Made by a program: the position numbers and the translations under genes. A stretch of DNA of 64,000 nt from a virus (lineage: Duplodnaviria > Caudoviricetes): IMG/VR virus record IMGVR_UViG_3300017933_000003, positions 15,653 to 79,652 of that record; one strand, 5' to 3'. How positions within the stretch are numbered: position 1 is the stretch's first letter; the number at the start of each line of letters is the position of its first letter. The notes beneath the pieces were generated by a model, which was not told the DNA's origin, did not search any database, and saw only the letters and a program-made list of their open reading frames with translations. This document shows positions 62,907 to 64,000 of the stretch, piece after piece.

Positions 62907-64000
62907 ATGAATAGAATCAAAGAATTAGAAAACAAAATATATCAGGCTCGACACGATTATTACAATAACCAGCCAAAAATCAGCGATCGTGTTTACGATG
63001 CCTGGGTGGACGAGTTGCGTCTGTTGGATCCCACCAATAAGGCAGTGACCGCTATTGGAGCCCCAATAGTTCCTTCAGAATGGCAAAAAGCCAAGCACCA
63101 AATCCCGATGGGAAGTTTGGACAAGGTCAATACGCCAGCCGAATTGACCAAATGGGTAGAAGATACCTATCCTGATGGTAAACTTTGCCTTGTTGAAAAG
63201 TTAGATGGACTTTCTATTGAGGTCATTTATGAGAACGGTAGTCTAATTCAAGGGATAACCCGAGGCGACGGCGAAACCGGAGAAGATATTACTGTTAATG
63301 TGGTTAAGATGGGTGGTGTCAAATCTCATCTCAAAGAAAAGTTTACTGGATCTTTGCGTGGTGAAATCATCATGTATAAGAGCACTCACAAGCAGTGGTT
63401 CGCGGATAAGGCTAATCCACGTAATGCAGCTTCGGGTACCAGTAAACGATTGGATGGTGTGGGTGTAGATAAGCTCAATATCTTGTTCTATCAGGTATTG
63501 GGAGATGTAGATTTCAAGAATGAGCAAACCCAATTCGTCTGGCTTGTAAACCAGGGACTGGATACCCCTAATTGGTGGGTAGTCAAGACTGCTGATGAAG
63601 TCAATAAATTTTGGCGTAAATATCAAGACGAAAATCGTGAAAAGTTAGATTATGATATTGATGGTTTAGTAGTTCGTATAGACAACCTAGAAAAGCAACT
63701 TGCTTTGGGCGAAAAAGATCTTCGACCCAAAGGAGCTATTGCTTTTAAGTTCGATAACGAGGCTCGTGAGTCGGTTATTCGAGATATCATTTGGCAGGTA
63801 GGTAATAGTGGGCGTATTACTCCGGTGGCTGTGGTAGACCCGGTGCAACTGGTGGGTGCCACAGTAACCAGAGCGAGTATGTATAACTTGGCTTATATTG
63901 AGGAATTGGGTATAGATATTGGGGCTAAGGTATTGGTGGCTCGTGCTAACGACGTTATCCCCCGTATTGAAGAACTAATTAAGGGTACGGGCACTATTGC
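62907..64000 (+). CDS. ligA: NAD-dependent DNA ligase (3' truncated by window end)
   Basis: translated by eye: YYNNQPKISDRVYD, EKLDGLS, TRGDG..GEDIT, NPRNAASG, DIDGLV, AIAFKF, WQVGNSGRITPVA. Confidence 0.95.
   Translation, partial: MNRIKELENKIYQARHDYYNNQPKISDRVYDAWVDELRLLDPTNKAVTAIGAPIVPSEWQKAKHQIPMGSLDKVNTPAELTKWVEDTYPDGKLCLVEKLDGLSIEVIYENGSLIQGITRGDGETGEDITVNVVKMGGVKSHLKEKFTGSLRGEIIMYKSTHKQWFADKANPRNAASGTSKRLDGVGVDKLNILFYQVLGDVDFKNEQTQFVWLVNQGLDTPNWWVVKTADEVNKFWRKYQDENREKLDYDIDGLVVRIDNLEKQLALGEKDLRPKGAIAFKFDNEARESVIRDIIWQVGNSGRITPVAVVDPVQLVGATVTRASMYNLAYIEELGIDIGAKVLVARANDVIPRIEELIKGTGTI

Noticed and set aside
1-64000. Genome-wide stop-codon recoding suggested by CUA/UCA-type tRNAs
   Set aside because: Known genes are full length under code 11 and coding density is high; TAG and TGA both terminate genes at expected positions.
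54265-64000. Inteins or introns in the helicase and ligA given the many endonucleases
   Set aside because: Both reading frames are continuous with normal motif spacing in the visible portion.
1-64000. Cellular (e.g. CPR) chromosome or eukaryotic giant virus origin
   Set aside because: There are no rRNA or ribosomal protein operons and housekeeping genes are scattered among many short unknown ORFs and endonucleases. Bacterial promoters, SD sites, rnpB, tsf and ligA argue against a eukaryotic virus. No capsid or terminase gene is in the window, so phage identity remains an inference.

Overview
This window looks like part of a large (jumbo/huge) bacteriophage genome, not a cellular chromosome or eukaryotic virus. 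Evidence: sigma70-type TTGACA promoters, Shine-Dalgarno sites, CCA-encoding bacterial-type tRNAs, NAD-dependent ligase, many short unknown ORFs, no rRNA or ribosomal operons. The standard genetic code appears to be used. It holds about 32 tRNA or tRNA-like genes, several with hairpin insertions in the anticodon or D loop, and an apparently intact RNase P RNA. It also holds about 20 free-standing homing-type endonucleases. Translation and stress genes include EF-Ts, a monomeric PheRS, Pth2, an HD-domain alarmone-hydrolase-like protein and GroES. RNA end-processing enzymes include an RNA ligase, a 2H phosphoesterase and a CYTH protein. There is an NAD salvage/ADP-ribose reversal locus and a TPP-enzyme plus KAS III mini biosynthetic pair. 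The most striking unexplained signals are (i) a covarying RNA motif that starts at or one base after a CCA end in five places and fills tRNA-tRNA spacers, (ii) a ~310-nt closed structured RNA with periodic AGC units directly behind a coiled-coil protein gene, and (iii) a set of interrupted or non-canonical tRNAs. All calls were made by eye from motifs and base pairing; no database search or folding program was run.
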